Virus record (IMG/VR): IMGVR_UViG_3300006175_000002
Coordinates: 39,390-103,389 of that record
Origin: a virus
Strand: one strand, 5' to 3'
DNA length: 64,000 nt
Each line of letters opens with the position of its first letter. Position 1 is the first letter of the stretch. The notes under the pieces are model-generated. The model made no database searches and was not told the origin of the DNA. It saw only the letters and a program-made list of their open reading frames with translations. A program made the position numbers and the translations under genes. Positions 35,153-41,284 of this stretch are shown here, one piece after another.

Positions 35153-35251
35153 CTCAGCCTCGACTAATGGGCCGAGGGCACAGCACCATTGACAAATCCA
35201 CAGTGGATGGCATGAAAGACGTGCCGGGGGGCTTCCGCTTCCCCGGCGCTT

Positions 35252-35324
35252 CGGGGGCGTGGGGCACGGTGACCCCTCCTGGCCTGGGACCAGGCAACAC
35301 GGCGTTCGACTCGCCGGCTCCCGA
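35252..35324 (+). tRNA. tRNA-Pro(TGG), atypical
   Basis: Cloverleaf, loop CC-TGG-GA. Confidence 0.7.
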
Positions 35325-35330
35325 CAACAT

Positions 35331-35404
35331 GCCTCGCAAGCTCCGAAGGTGTGAGCGCCCGGTTGAAGCCCGGGAGGCGCCCCGTTCGATCCGGGGGCGA
35401 GGCA
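35331..35404 (+). tRNA. tRNA-Phe(GAA)
   Basis: Cloverleaf, loop TT-GAA-GC. Confidence 0.85.
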
Positions 35405-35409
35405 CGCTC

Positions 35410-35480
35410 GGCGGGTTCGGCTATCGGTAGGCCACCTGGTTCTCAGCCAGGCAGGACGGGTTCGACTCCCGTACTCGCTA
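35410..35480 (+). tRNA. tRNA-Glu(CTC)
   Basis: Cloverleaf, loop TT-CTC-AG. Confidence 0.85.
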
Positions 35481-35531
35481 CGTCGGCAGGGGAAGCGTCG
35501 AGGCGCGCAACCTCGCCTCTGCCGGCTCCAT

Positions 35532-35606
35532 GCCGGCGGGGTGTCCACGGTGACATGCCACTCTTCCAAAGTGGAGTAACGGGTTCGACTCCCGTCGCCG
35601 GTTCCA
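35532..35606 (+). tRNA. tRNA-Gly(TCC)
   Basis: Cloverleaf, loop CT-TCC-AA, encoded CCA. Confidence 0.85.
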
Positions 35607-35617
35607 GAATAGTTCGG

Positions 35618-35689
35618 TGGCGATTCGGCTAATTGGGAGGCCGACGGGCTTTGGTCCCGTCTGTCCAGGTTCGAGTCCTGGATCGCCAG
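35618..35689 (+). tRNA. tRNA-Gln(TTG)
   Basis: Cloverleaf, loop CT-TTG-GT, U1-A72. Confidence 0.9.
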
Positions 35690-35693
35690 CAAC

Positions 35694-35767
35694 GCCGCGG
35701 TAGGCTAAATGGCAAAGCCGTTTGCTTCAAAAGCAGATGATTGTCGGTTCGACTCCGACGCGCGGCA
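35694..35767 (+). tRNA. tRNA-Leu(CAA), short variable arm
   Basis: Cloverleaf, loop TT-CAA-AA. Confidence 0.75.
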
Positions 35768-35772
35768 CACCC

Positions 35773-35845
35773 GCCCTTGAAGCTCACCAGGTAGAGCGCG
35801 CGCATGGTAAGCGCGAGGCTGCCGGTTCGACTCCGGCCAGGGGCT
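35773..35845 (+). tRNA. tRNA-Thr(GGT)
   Basis: Cloverleaf, loop AT-GGT-AA. Confidence 0.9.
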
Positions 35846-35853
35846 CGTTCAAT

Positions 35854-35925
35854 GCGGCCATAGCTCAATGGTCCGAGTACTGCCTTGCCAAGGCAATGAT
35901 CCGAGTTCGATCCTCGGTGGCCGCT
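35854..35925 (+). tRNA. tRNA-Gly(GCC)
   Basis: Cloverleaf, loop TT-GCC-AA. Confidence 0.9.
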
Positions 35926-35957
35926 CGCAACCCACACACATCAGGAGGTGACCCGCA

Positions 35958-36401
35958 GTGGAAGCCGTACTAGTCCTCAACGCCGACCTCGGCCCCCTAC
36001 ACCGGGTCAGCCTCCGCCACGCAATCCGGATGCTCTGCCGCCAAGTCGCCGTGGTCCACGAAGCGGAGCCTGACATACGCATCGGTATCTTCCCGATGCC
36101 CCGGGCTGTCCGCCTCGTCCAGTACATCGTCACGAAATGGCGCTACACGACCGGACCCACCTGGTCCCGCACCGGCGTCATGAACCGCGACGGACACCGC
36201 TGCGGATACTGCCACGGACAGGCGACCACAATCGACCACATCCGGCCCCGCGCGCAGGGCGGCCGTAACTCCTGGCTCAACACAGTCGCCGCCTGCGCTT
36301 CGTGTAACCAGCGTAAGGGCGACCGCACCCCGGAGCAGGCGGGTATGCGGTTGCGTCTCACCCCGACCGCGCCAACGTGGGCGGTCCTGGGGATGCGCTG
36401 A
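35958..36401 (+). CDS. HNH endonuclease (McrA/HNH_5-like) inside the tRNA array
   Basis: AGGAGGTG SD; VLVLNA, RDGHRCGYC, TIDHIRPRAQGG..SWLNTVAAC..CN..KG. Confidence 0.93.
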   Translation: MEAVLVLNADLGPLHRVSLRHAIRMLCRQVAVVHEAEPDIRIGIFPMPRAVRLVQYIVTKWRYTTGPTWSRTGVMNRDGHRCGYCHGQATTIDHIRPRAQGGRNSWLNTVAACASCNQRKGDRTPEQAGMRLRLTPTAPTWAVLGMR

Positions 36402-36436
36402 AAGGGGTGCCGGCGGGTGTGGCGCCGGCCCCACAT

Positions 36437-36508
36437 TCTCCTGTCGTCTAACCGGTAGGATGCCTGATTCTGGCTCAGGTGATCGAGGTTCGAGTCCTTG
36501 CGGGAGAG
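36437..36508 (+). tRNA. tRNA-Gln(CTG)
   Basis: Cloverleaf, loop TT-CTG-GC. Confidence 0.9.
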
Positions 36509-36512
36509 CTTT

Positions 36513-36587
36513 GCTGGTGTAGCTCACGTTGGTTCGAGCGGCTGCCTTGTAAGCAGCAGAACGCGGGTTCGATTCCTGTCACCAGCT
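36513..36587 (+). tRNA. tRNA-Thr(TGT)
   Basis: Cloverleaf, loop CT-TGT-AA. Confidence 0.9.
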
Positions 36588-36591
36588 CTGA

Positions 36592-36660
36592 GGGCGACGC
36601 ACAGGTGTGCAGGGCTGTTTTGCAAACAGCCTTTGCTCGGTTCGATACCGAGGTTGTCCA
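36592..36660 (+). tRNA. tRNA-Ala(TGC), reduced D-arm
   Basis: Loop TT-TGC-AA; G3-U70 alanine identity pair. Confidence 0.75.
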
Positions 36661-36661
36661 C

Positions 36662-36735
36662 GCTCGCGTAGCCCAACTGGTAGAGGCGTCAGGCTTAGAC
36701 CCTGATCAGTGCACGTTCGACTCGTGTCGCGAGTA
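36662..36735 (+). tRNA. tRNA-Leu(TAG), short variable arm
   Basis: Cloverleaf, loop CT-TAG-AC. Confidence 0.85.
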
Positions 36736-36740
36736 CGCAT

Positions 36741-36814
36741 GATGGCGTGGCCTAGCTGGTTAAGGCACCACCCTGTCAAGGTGGAAATCGCGGGTTCGAG
36801 TCCCGTCGTCATCG
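36741..36814 (+). tRNA. tRNA-Asp(GTC)
   Basis: Cloverleaf, loop CT-GTC-AA. Confidence 0.9.
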
Positions 36815-36817
36815 CTT

Positions 36818-36906
36818 GGAAGGGTGGCCGAGCCCGGTCGATGGCGCCGCGCTGCTAACGCGGTTCACCTCGTGTGACGCGGGTTCAAATCCCGCCCCTT
36901 CCGCCA
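36818..36906 (+). tRNA. tRNA-Ser(GCT)
   Basis: Cloverleaf with long variable arm, loop CT-GCT-AA, encoded CCA. Confidence 0.9.
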
Positions 36907-36907
36907 C

Positions 36908-36981
36908 GTCGCCGTAGCTCAGTCGGTTCGAGCGCTTCGCTGATAACGAAGAGGTCGGGGGTTCGATCCCCTCCGGCGACA
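36908..36981 (+). tRNA. tRNA-Ile(GAT)
   Basis: Cloverleaf, loop CT-GAT-AA. Confidence 0.9.
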
Positions 36982-36991
36982 CGCACCACAT

Positions 36992-37064
36992 GCCCCCGTA
37001 GCTCAATGGATGGAGCACTTCGCTACGAACGAAAAGGATGCGCGTTCGAGTCGCGCCGGGGGCA
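36992..37064 (+). tRNA. tRNA-Arg(ACG)
   Basis: Cloverleaf, loop CT-ACG-AA. Confidence 0.9.
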
Positions 37065-37070
37065 CGCAAT

Positions 37071-37144
37071 CAGGGTGTAGCTCAACTTGGTGGAGCACGT
37101 GCCTGGGGGGCACGCGGCCGCAGGTTCAAATCCTGTCACCCTGA
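37071..37144 (+). tRNA. tRNA-Pro(GGG)
   Basis: Cloverleaf, loop CT-GGG-GG. Confidence 0.9.
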
Positions 37145-37149
37145 CTCAT

Positions 37150-37232
37150 GGAAGGTAGCGCCCAGTGGTGGGCAACCGGTCTTGAAAACCGGGCCGGGGT
37201 GACTCCCGAGGGTTCGACTCCTTTACCTTCCG
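37150..37232 (+). tRNA. tRNA-Ser(TGA)
   Basis: Long variable arm, loop CT-TGA-AA. Confidence 0.85.
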
Positions 37233-37233
37233 C

Positions 37234-37310
37234 GCGCTGGTAGCTCAGCCTGGCAGAGCGGCCGATTCTTAATCGGCGGGTCGGGGGTTCAAATCCCTCT
37301 CGGCGCACCA
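37234..37310 (+). tRNA. tRNA-Lys(CTT)
   Basis: Cloverleaf, loop TT-CTT-AA, encoded CCA. Confidence 0.9.
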
Positions 37311-37311
37311 T

Positions 37312-37385
37312 CCCCTCGTAGCTCAGTGGACAGAGCCGCAGGTTTCTACCCTGCGAGGGCGCCCGTTCGAGTCGGGCCGGGGGGA
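37312..37385 (+). tRNA. tRNA-Arg(TCT)
   Basis: Cloverleaf, loop TT-TCT-AC. Confidence 0.85.
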
Positions 37386-37389
37386 CGAT

Positions 37390-37462
37390 CTCCTGCTAGC
37401 TCAATGGATAGAGCACTTCGGTCCTAACGAAACGGTTCCCGGTTCGAGTCCGGGGCAGGAGA
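37390..37462 (+). tRNA. tRNA-Arg(CCT)
   Basis: Cloverleaf, loop GT-CCT-AA. Confidence 0.85.
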
Positions 37463-37470
37463 CGTTTTGC

Positions 37471-37542
37471 GGGCTGCTAACTCAATGGCAGAGTAGCGGG
37501 CTTTTAACCCGAGAGTTCTCGGTTCAAGTCCGAGGCAGCCCA
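37471..37542 (+). tRNA. tRNA-Lys(TTT)
   Basis: Cloverleaf, loop CT-TTT-AA. Confidence 0.9.
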
Positions 37543-37543
37543 C

Positions 37544-37615
37544 CGCGGGGTAGAGCAGTGGCAGCTCACCGTCCTCATAAGTCGGAGGTCACCGGTTCGA
37601 CTCCGGTCCCCGCTT
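37544..37615 (+). tRNA. tRNA-Met(CAT), initiator-like 5' end
   Basis: CGCGGGGTAGAGCAG start, C1 mismatch, loop CT-CAT-AA; lacks the three G-C anticodon-stem pairs. Confidence 0.8.
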
Positions 37616-37617
37616 CC

Positions 37618-37690
37618 GTCCTGGTAGCTCAGTGGGAGAGCGCCCGCCTGACGCGCGGGAGGTTCGCAGGTTCGACCCCTGCCCGGGACA
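37618..37690 (+). tRNA. tRNA-Val(GAC)
   Basis: Cloverleaf, loop CT-GAC-GC. Confidence 0.85.
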
Positions 37691-37695
37691 CGCTT

Positions 37696-37767
37696 GGCCT
37701 CGTCGACTATTGGTTAGGTTTCCGCTCTTTCACAGCGGAGGACAGGGTTCGATTCCCTGCGAGGCTA
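37696..37767 (+). tRNA. tRNA-Glu(TTC)
   Basis: Cloverleaf, loop CT-TTC-AC. Confidence 0.9.
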
Positions 37768-37772
37768 CTCAT

Positions 37773-37846
37773 TCCGGTATCGCCTAGTTGGTATGGCAAC
37801 GCACTGTTAATGCGTACAAGGGTTGGTTCGAGTCCAACTGCCGGAG
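37773..37846 (+). tRNA. tRNA-Asn(GTT)
   Basis: Cloverleaf, loop CT-GTT-AA. Confidence 0.9.
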
Positions 37847-37854
37847 CCTGTCGT

Positions 37855-37927
37855 GCCTCGCGGTCCCTCTGGTGGGGGTGCCTGACTTATGATCAGGACG
37901 TGGTGGGTTCAATTCCCACGCGGGGTA
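37855..37927 (+). tRNA. tRNA-Ile(TAT), atypical
   Basis: Stem CCTGA/TCAGG, loop CT-TAT-GA, GTTCAAT T-loop. Confidence 0.7.
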
Positions 37928-37931
37928 CTTT

Positions 37932-38003
37932 GCGCGCGTAGCTCAGTGGGAGAGCAGCCCGTTCACACCGGGCAGGCCGGAGGTTCGAGTCCTTCCGTGC
38001 GTA
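37932..38003 (+). tRNA. tRNA-Val(CAC)
   Basis: Cloverleaf, loop TT-CAC-AC. Confidence 0.9.
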
Positions 38004-38005
38004 CT

Positions 38006-38077
38006 GTGTCTATGGCGTAGTGGTCTGCGCGTCGGGTTGTGGCCCCGAAGGTCCCGGATCGTAACCGGGTAGACACC
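38006..38077 (+). tRNA. tRNA-His(GTG), atypical T-loop
   Basis: Loop TT-GTG-GC, C73, T-loop ATCGTAA. Confidence 0.75.
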
Positions 38078-38079
38078 CC

Positions 38080-38150
38080 GGGAGTGACGCATGGTGTCGA
38101 GCGCTCGCTGTAAACGAGTAGCCCTGGGGGTTCGAGTCCCTCCGCTCCCA
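38080..38150 (+). tRNA. tRNA-Tyr(GTA), short variable region
   Basis: Loop CT-GTA-AA, GTTCGAGT T-loop. Confidence 0.75.
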
Positions 38151-38155
38151 CGCTT

Positions 38156-38229
38156 GCCCTCGTAGCTCAGCGGATTAGAGCACCAGGTTCCGAACCTGAC
38201 GGTCGCGCGTTCGAGTCGCGCCGGGGGCA
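38156..38229 (+). tRNA. tRNA-Arg(CCG)
   Basis: Cloverleaf, loop TT-CCG-AA. Confidence 0.9.
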
Positions 38230-38233
38230 CGTT

Positions 38234-38304
38234 GGCGCTGTGACCGAGTGGTTAGGTGGCGGTCTGCAAAACCGCATACGCCGGTTCGAGTCCGGCCCGC
38301 GCCT
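38234..38304 (+). tRNA. tRNA-Cys(GCA)
   Basis: Cloverleaf, loop CT-GCA-AA. Confidence 0.9.
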
Positions 38305-38331
38305 CGATCATGCCATCCGCTGTGGATTTCT

Positions 38332-38401
38332 CGCGGGCGGGCCGGCCGCCCAGCTGGCTTTCATACGGCCGGTGTGCCCGGTTCGACACCGGGGCCCGCG
38401 A
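38332..38401 (+). tRNA. tRNA with CAT anticodon (Met or Ile2), atypical D-arm
   Basis: Acceptor CGCGGGC/GCCCGCG, loop TT-CAT-AC, GTTCGAC T-loop. Confidence 0.65.
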
Positions 38402-38409
38402 CTCTTCTT

Positions 38410-39150
38410 CTATCGCCAGAGCGCCCACGCCACGCTGACCGCGGCCACCGCGACGGGGGCTACGGCGTGGATGTGTTCGATCGGCGAGCCGGTGTGGATC
38501 CGTAGCGGCTGCCACAGTCCGACCATCCGCCATCGTTGCCCGCGGATCCGGGCTGGCCACCAGAGGGGTACGCCCTGCACGGAGCAGGCGTCCCCGGCGA
38601 GGTGGGTCAGCCAGCCGGCGGTGACGATCGGGCCGAGCCACCACCCGCCCACGTGGGTTAGGGCGGCGGCGATCCCGGCGAGGATGCCGGCTGCCCAGGC
38701 GTAGCGGTGGCGGCGCCAGCGGCGTACCCGGGCCGGGGCCATGGCCTGAACGGCGGCGGCGGCGAGGATGGTGATGAGGGCGGCGGATCCGTACGGGATG
38801 AGCCACCCGATCAGGGTGGCTGCTGCGCCGGCGGTGAGGGCGGCGAGGATGGTGTGGGTCAGGCCGCGGTGTCCGTCGCTGGTTGGTCGGTCGTAGCGGG
38901 TGCGGGTGGCGCGGTGGGCCCAGATGGACAGGTCAGCGACACCACCGCACGCGTAGGCGGTGACCGGGCCGGCGAGGCGGGCGAGGGTGGCTTCGCGGTG
39001 GTCGCAGTCGGGGAGCAGCGCGGCGCCGGCGATCGTGGCGGCGCCGGCGAGTACCACTGGTAGGGGGGCGGGGTGGTGGGTGACGGCGGCGGCGACGCAG
39101 CTGGTTGCCCATACGGCGACGGCTTGGGTGACGTGCGTGCGACCCATCAC
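38410..39150 (-). CDS. membrane metal-dependent hydrolase (YdjM family)
   Basis: MMGRTH, ALLPDCDH, HRGLTHT, HLAGD...GVPLWWP. Confidence 0.9.
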   Translation of the reverse strand: MMGRTHVTQAVAVWATSCVAAAVTHHPAPLPVVLAGAATIAGAALLPDCDHREATLARLAGPVTAYACGGVADLSIWAHRATRTRYDRPTSDGHRGLTHTILAALTAGAAATLIGWLIPYGSAALITILAAAAVQAMAPARVRRWRRHRYAWAAGILAGIAAALTHVGGWWLGPIVTAGWLTHLAGDACSVQGVPLWWPARIRGQRWRMVGLWQPLRIHTGSPIEHIHAVAPVAVAAVSVAWALWR

Positions 39151-39229
39151 CAGTGCGCCCCGTACGTGTCGTGCCAGGTGTTGACGTCCATGTCGACGAG
39201 GCCGGCGATGGTCACCGCCAGGATGGTCA

Positions 39230-39856
39230 TCAGTCGTCGCCCTCCACGATCAGGTGTGCGGCTTCGGTGTCCTTGAAGTCGAAGAACCCGTGGCCGGCTT
39301 CTCCGCTACCGCCGCACTGCTCGCACCGGTCCGCGGCGTCGGCCCACTGATAGCAGGCCATGGCGTGGTCGTACCGGCCGGCGCGGACAAGGCGGGTGCA
39401 CGGGTCGCCGTTGGGTGCCAGGCTCTGTCCGCCGCATTCGCAGGCGTAGATCGCGTCCCGGATCGGGCCGCAGTCGTCGCACGGCTGGCCGACCTTCAAC
39501 ACCTCGACGACACCGAGCACGCCCTTGTGGTAGGGGGCGGTGACCCGGTACACGGTGTCGCCGTCCCAGCCGACGAACTCGTGGCCCTCCTCCAGCACAC
39601 CGATCGGCACATCGAGGGTGGCCACCTCCCCATACGGGTCGACGACGAACCGCTCACTGTTGCGCTGCGTGCGCCACGGGCCGCGGGGGACGGCGTTGTG
39701 GTCGTAGTCGGGTGGGTTGCTGCTCCACTGGGGCAGGTGCCGCCAGTCCACGTCCAACGGGCCGGAGAACCCGTGATCCGTTTTGGGTGTGGCGTCGGCT
39801 TCGATGTCCTCGCCGCAGTAGGTGCAATCACCTGCGTACCTCGCGTAAACCTGCAT
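39230..39856 (-). CDS. hypothetical Cys-rich protein
   Basis: GAAAGGA SD; several CxxC motifs. Confidence 0.6.
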   Translation of the reverse strand: MQVYARYAGDCTYCGEDIEADATPKTDHGFSGPLDVDWRHLPQWSSNPPDYDHNAVPRGPWRTQRNSERFVVDPYGEVATLDVPIGVLEEGHEFVGWDGDTVYRVTAPYHKGVLGVVEVLKVGQPCDDCGPIRDAIYACECGGQSLAPNGDPCTRLVRAGRYDHAMACYQWADAADRCEQCGGSGEAGHGFFDFKDTEAAHLIVEGDD

Positions 39857-39910
39857 GGGGGCTTAGATCCTTTCAGTTCGGGAGACGACAGCGGGAAAAC
39901 TCGGCGGGGG

Positions 39911-40102
39911 CTAGCAGCCGGGGCAGGCGGTGAAGCCTGTCCCTCCGCAGACGAGGCATTCGTGGTCGTAGTAGTAGTGGAAACTGTCCGCGCCGTCGGG
40001 TCCGCCGCAGCCGTCGCAGAGGACCTGGCCGGGGCAGTCGGGGTGGTGCGTCACACCGTCGTCGGCCGGCGCGGCGCGGAAGAGATCGAACAGCCACCTC
40101 AT
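39911..40102 (-). CDS. small Cys-rich protein
   Basis: ATGA overlap; CDGCGG...CLVCGGTG. Confidence 0.5.
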   Translation of the reverse strand: MRWLFDLFRAAPADDGVTHHPDCPGQVLCDGCGGPDGADSFHYYYDHECLVCGGTGFTACPGC

Positions 40103-40500
40103 GGCAGGCATTCTCCCTGGCACTGTGTTGTTGGCATGTTGTTGCACACGTCGCAGTTCCACACGTCGCCGCAGCTCGGGCATCGTTCCCACAGGGCCGG
40201 GCACCCCTCAACGTGGTCGTTGTAGTTGGCGTCGAAGTTGTGGTAGTGCAGGTCGCAGTCGCTGGCTGGTAACCCGGCGAGAAACGGGGTGCGTAGTTCG
40301 TTGATCGCGTTCAGCAGCGCGGCGACTTCCTCGTCGGTGACAACCATTCCCTCGAGTTGGAGTTGCTGCGAGTCGCAGTGCGTTCCGGTCAGAAACACCC
40401 GGCAGCCGTATTGGGCGTCGCCGATCTGCTCTACCAGCAGACAGGTTCCGTCGTCTTCGTGGACGTCAACACACCAGGGCATGTGCTCATACCGGGGCAT
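40099..40500 (-). CDS. hypothetical protein
   Basis: H.PWC motif; overlapping operon spacing. Confidence 0.55.
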   Translation of the reverse strand: MPRYEHMPWCVDVHEDDGTCLLVEQIGDAQYGCRVFLTGTHCDSQQLQLEGMVVTDEEVAALLNAINELRTPFLAGLPASDCDLHYHNFDANYNDHVEGCPALWERCPSCGDVWNCDVCNNMPTTQCQGECLP

Positions 40501-40891
40501 TGGCGTCTTCTTCCGCCCCGGGGTACGCCCATTTCCAACTGGTCGCGTCTTCCGCCTGCGCTTGGGCTGCCTCGAACACGGCGATCATGTCCGCTATCTC
40601 GTCGGCGTGGAGGAAGAGGTCCGCGGTGGCGCCTTCCATCATCGGTGTGGCGCCGACGCCGGAGATCGTGACCCGCACGTAGGCGTGGGCCGGTTCGTTG
40701 TCGGTGTCGGCCCACCACTCCTGTTCGGCGCGGACCTGAACGTCGACGTCTTCGTCGACGCCGCCGTTGTCGAGGGCCTGCTCCCACCCGCCGATGTGCG
40801 ACTGGTACGCGGGTTCGTCTTCCTCGTCCTGCGTGCACCATGCGGGGCATTGCAGGAGGCCGTGTTCGGCCATGATGTCGGCGCGGCTCAT
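40487..40891 (-). CDS. hypothetical protein (CPAWC motif, DUF6907-like)
   Basis: CPAWCT...H motif, acidic. Confidence 0.6.
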   Translation of the reverse strand: MSRADIMAEHGLLQCPAWCTQDEEDEPAYQSHIGGWEQALDNGGVDEDVDVQVRAEQEWWADTDNEPAHAYVRVTISGVGATPMMEGATADLFLHADEIADMIAVFEAAQAQAEDATSWKWAYPGAEEDANAPV

Positions 40892-41061
40892 CAGGACGTC
40901 AAAGCGACGAAGAACTGACCGAACCGGTCGGCGACGTGGCCGACGCCGGACCCGATGTGGCGGGCCGTACCTGCCGCTCCGGCGGGGTCATGCATGACCG
41001 CAACGAAGATGATGATCGCGACGAAGAGGCCTTTCCAGTGGTCGCGCAGCCAAGAGGACAT
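40891..41061 (-). CDS. small membrane protein
   Basis: GAAGGA SD; one TM helix followed by DPAGAA. Confidence 0.6.
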   Translation of the reverse strand: MSSWLRDHWKGLFVAIIIFVAVMHDPAGAAGTARHIGSGVGHVADRFGQFFVALTS

Positions 41062-41095
41062 GATGGGTTTCCTTCGGTGTGAGATCGTGTAGGGC

Positions 41096-41284
41096 ATGGA
41101 TGAGCAGCAGCGGGTGGAGCAACGCGTCAAGGACCGGCAGAAGTGGCTGTCGCAGGTCGAGAACGGGGCCTACTCGGCGATCATTGGCGGGGCCAGCGAC
41201 GACGAGGTGCGGGCGGCGTGTGAGCGGGGTGTGGACGCCGCGATGGAGTCGGCCCTGTACCGGGCCACTCATCGGGTGGCGTGA
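41096..41284 (+). CDS. small helical hypothetical protein
   Basis: Fills the intergenic gap; protein-like composition. Confidence 0.4.
   Translation: MDEQQRVEQRVKDRQKWLSQVENGAYSAIIGGASDDEVRAACERGVDAAMESALYRATHRVA

Noticed and set aside
35694-35767. Opal suppressor or Sec tRNA (TCA)
   Set aside because: Stem pairing TTTGC/GCAGA centres the loop on CAA, not TCA
36592-36660. tRNA-Cys(GCA)
   Set aside because: Loop register gives TGC and the acceptor has the G3-U70 alanine determinant
34839-38400. ORFs overlapping the tRNA array other than the HNH gene
   Set aside because: They are translations of tRNA sequence (e.g. GIEPATS, GFEP patterns)
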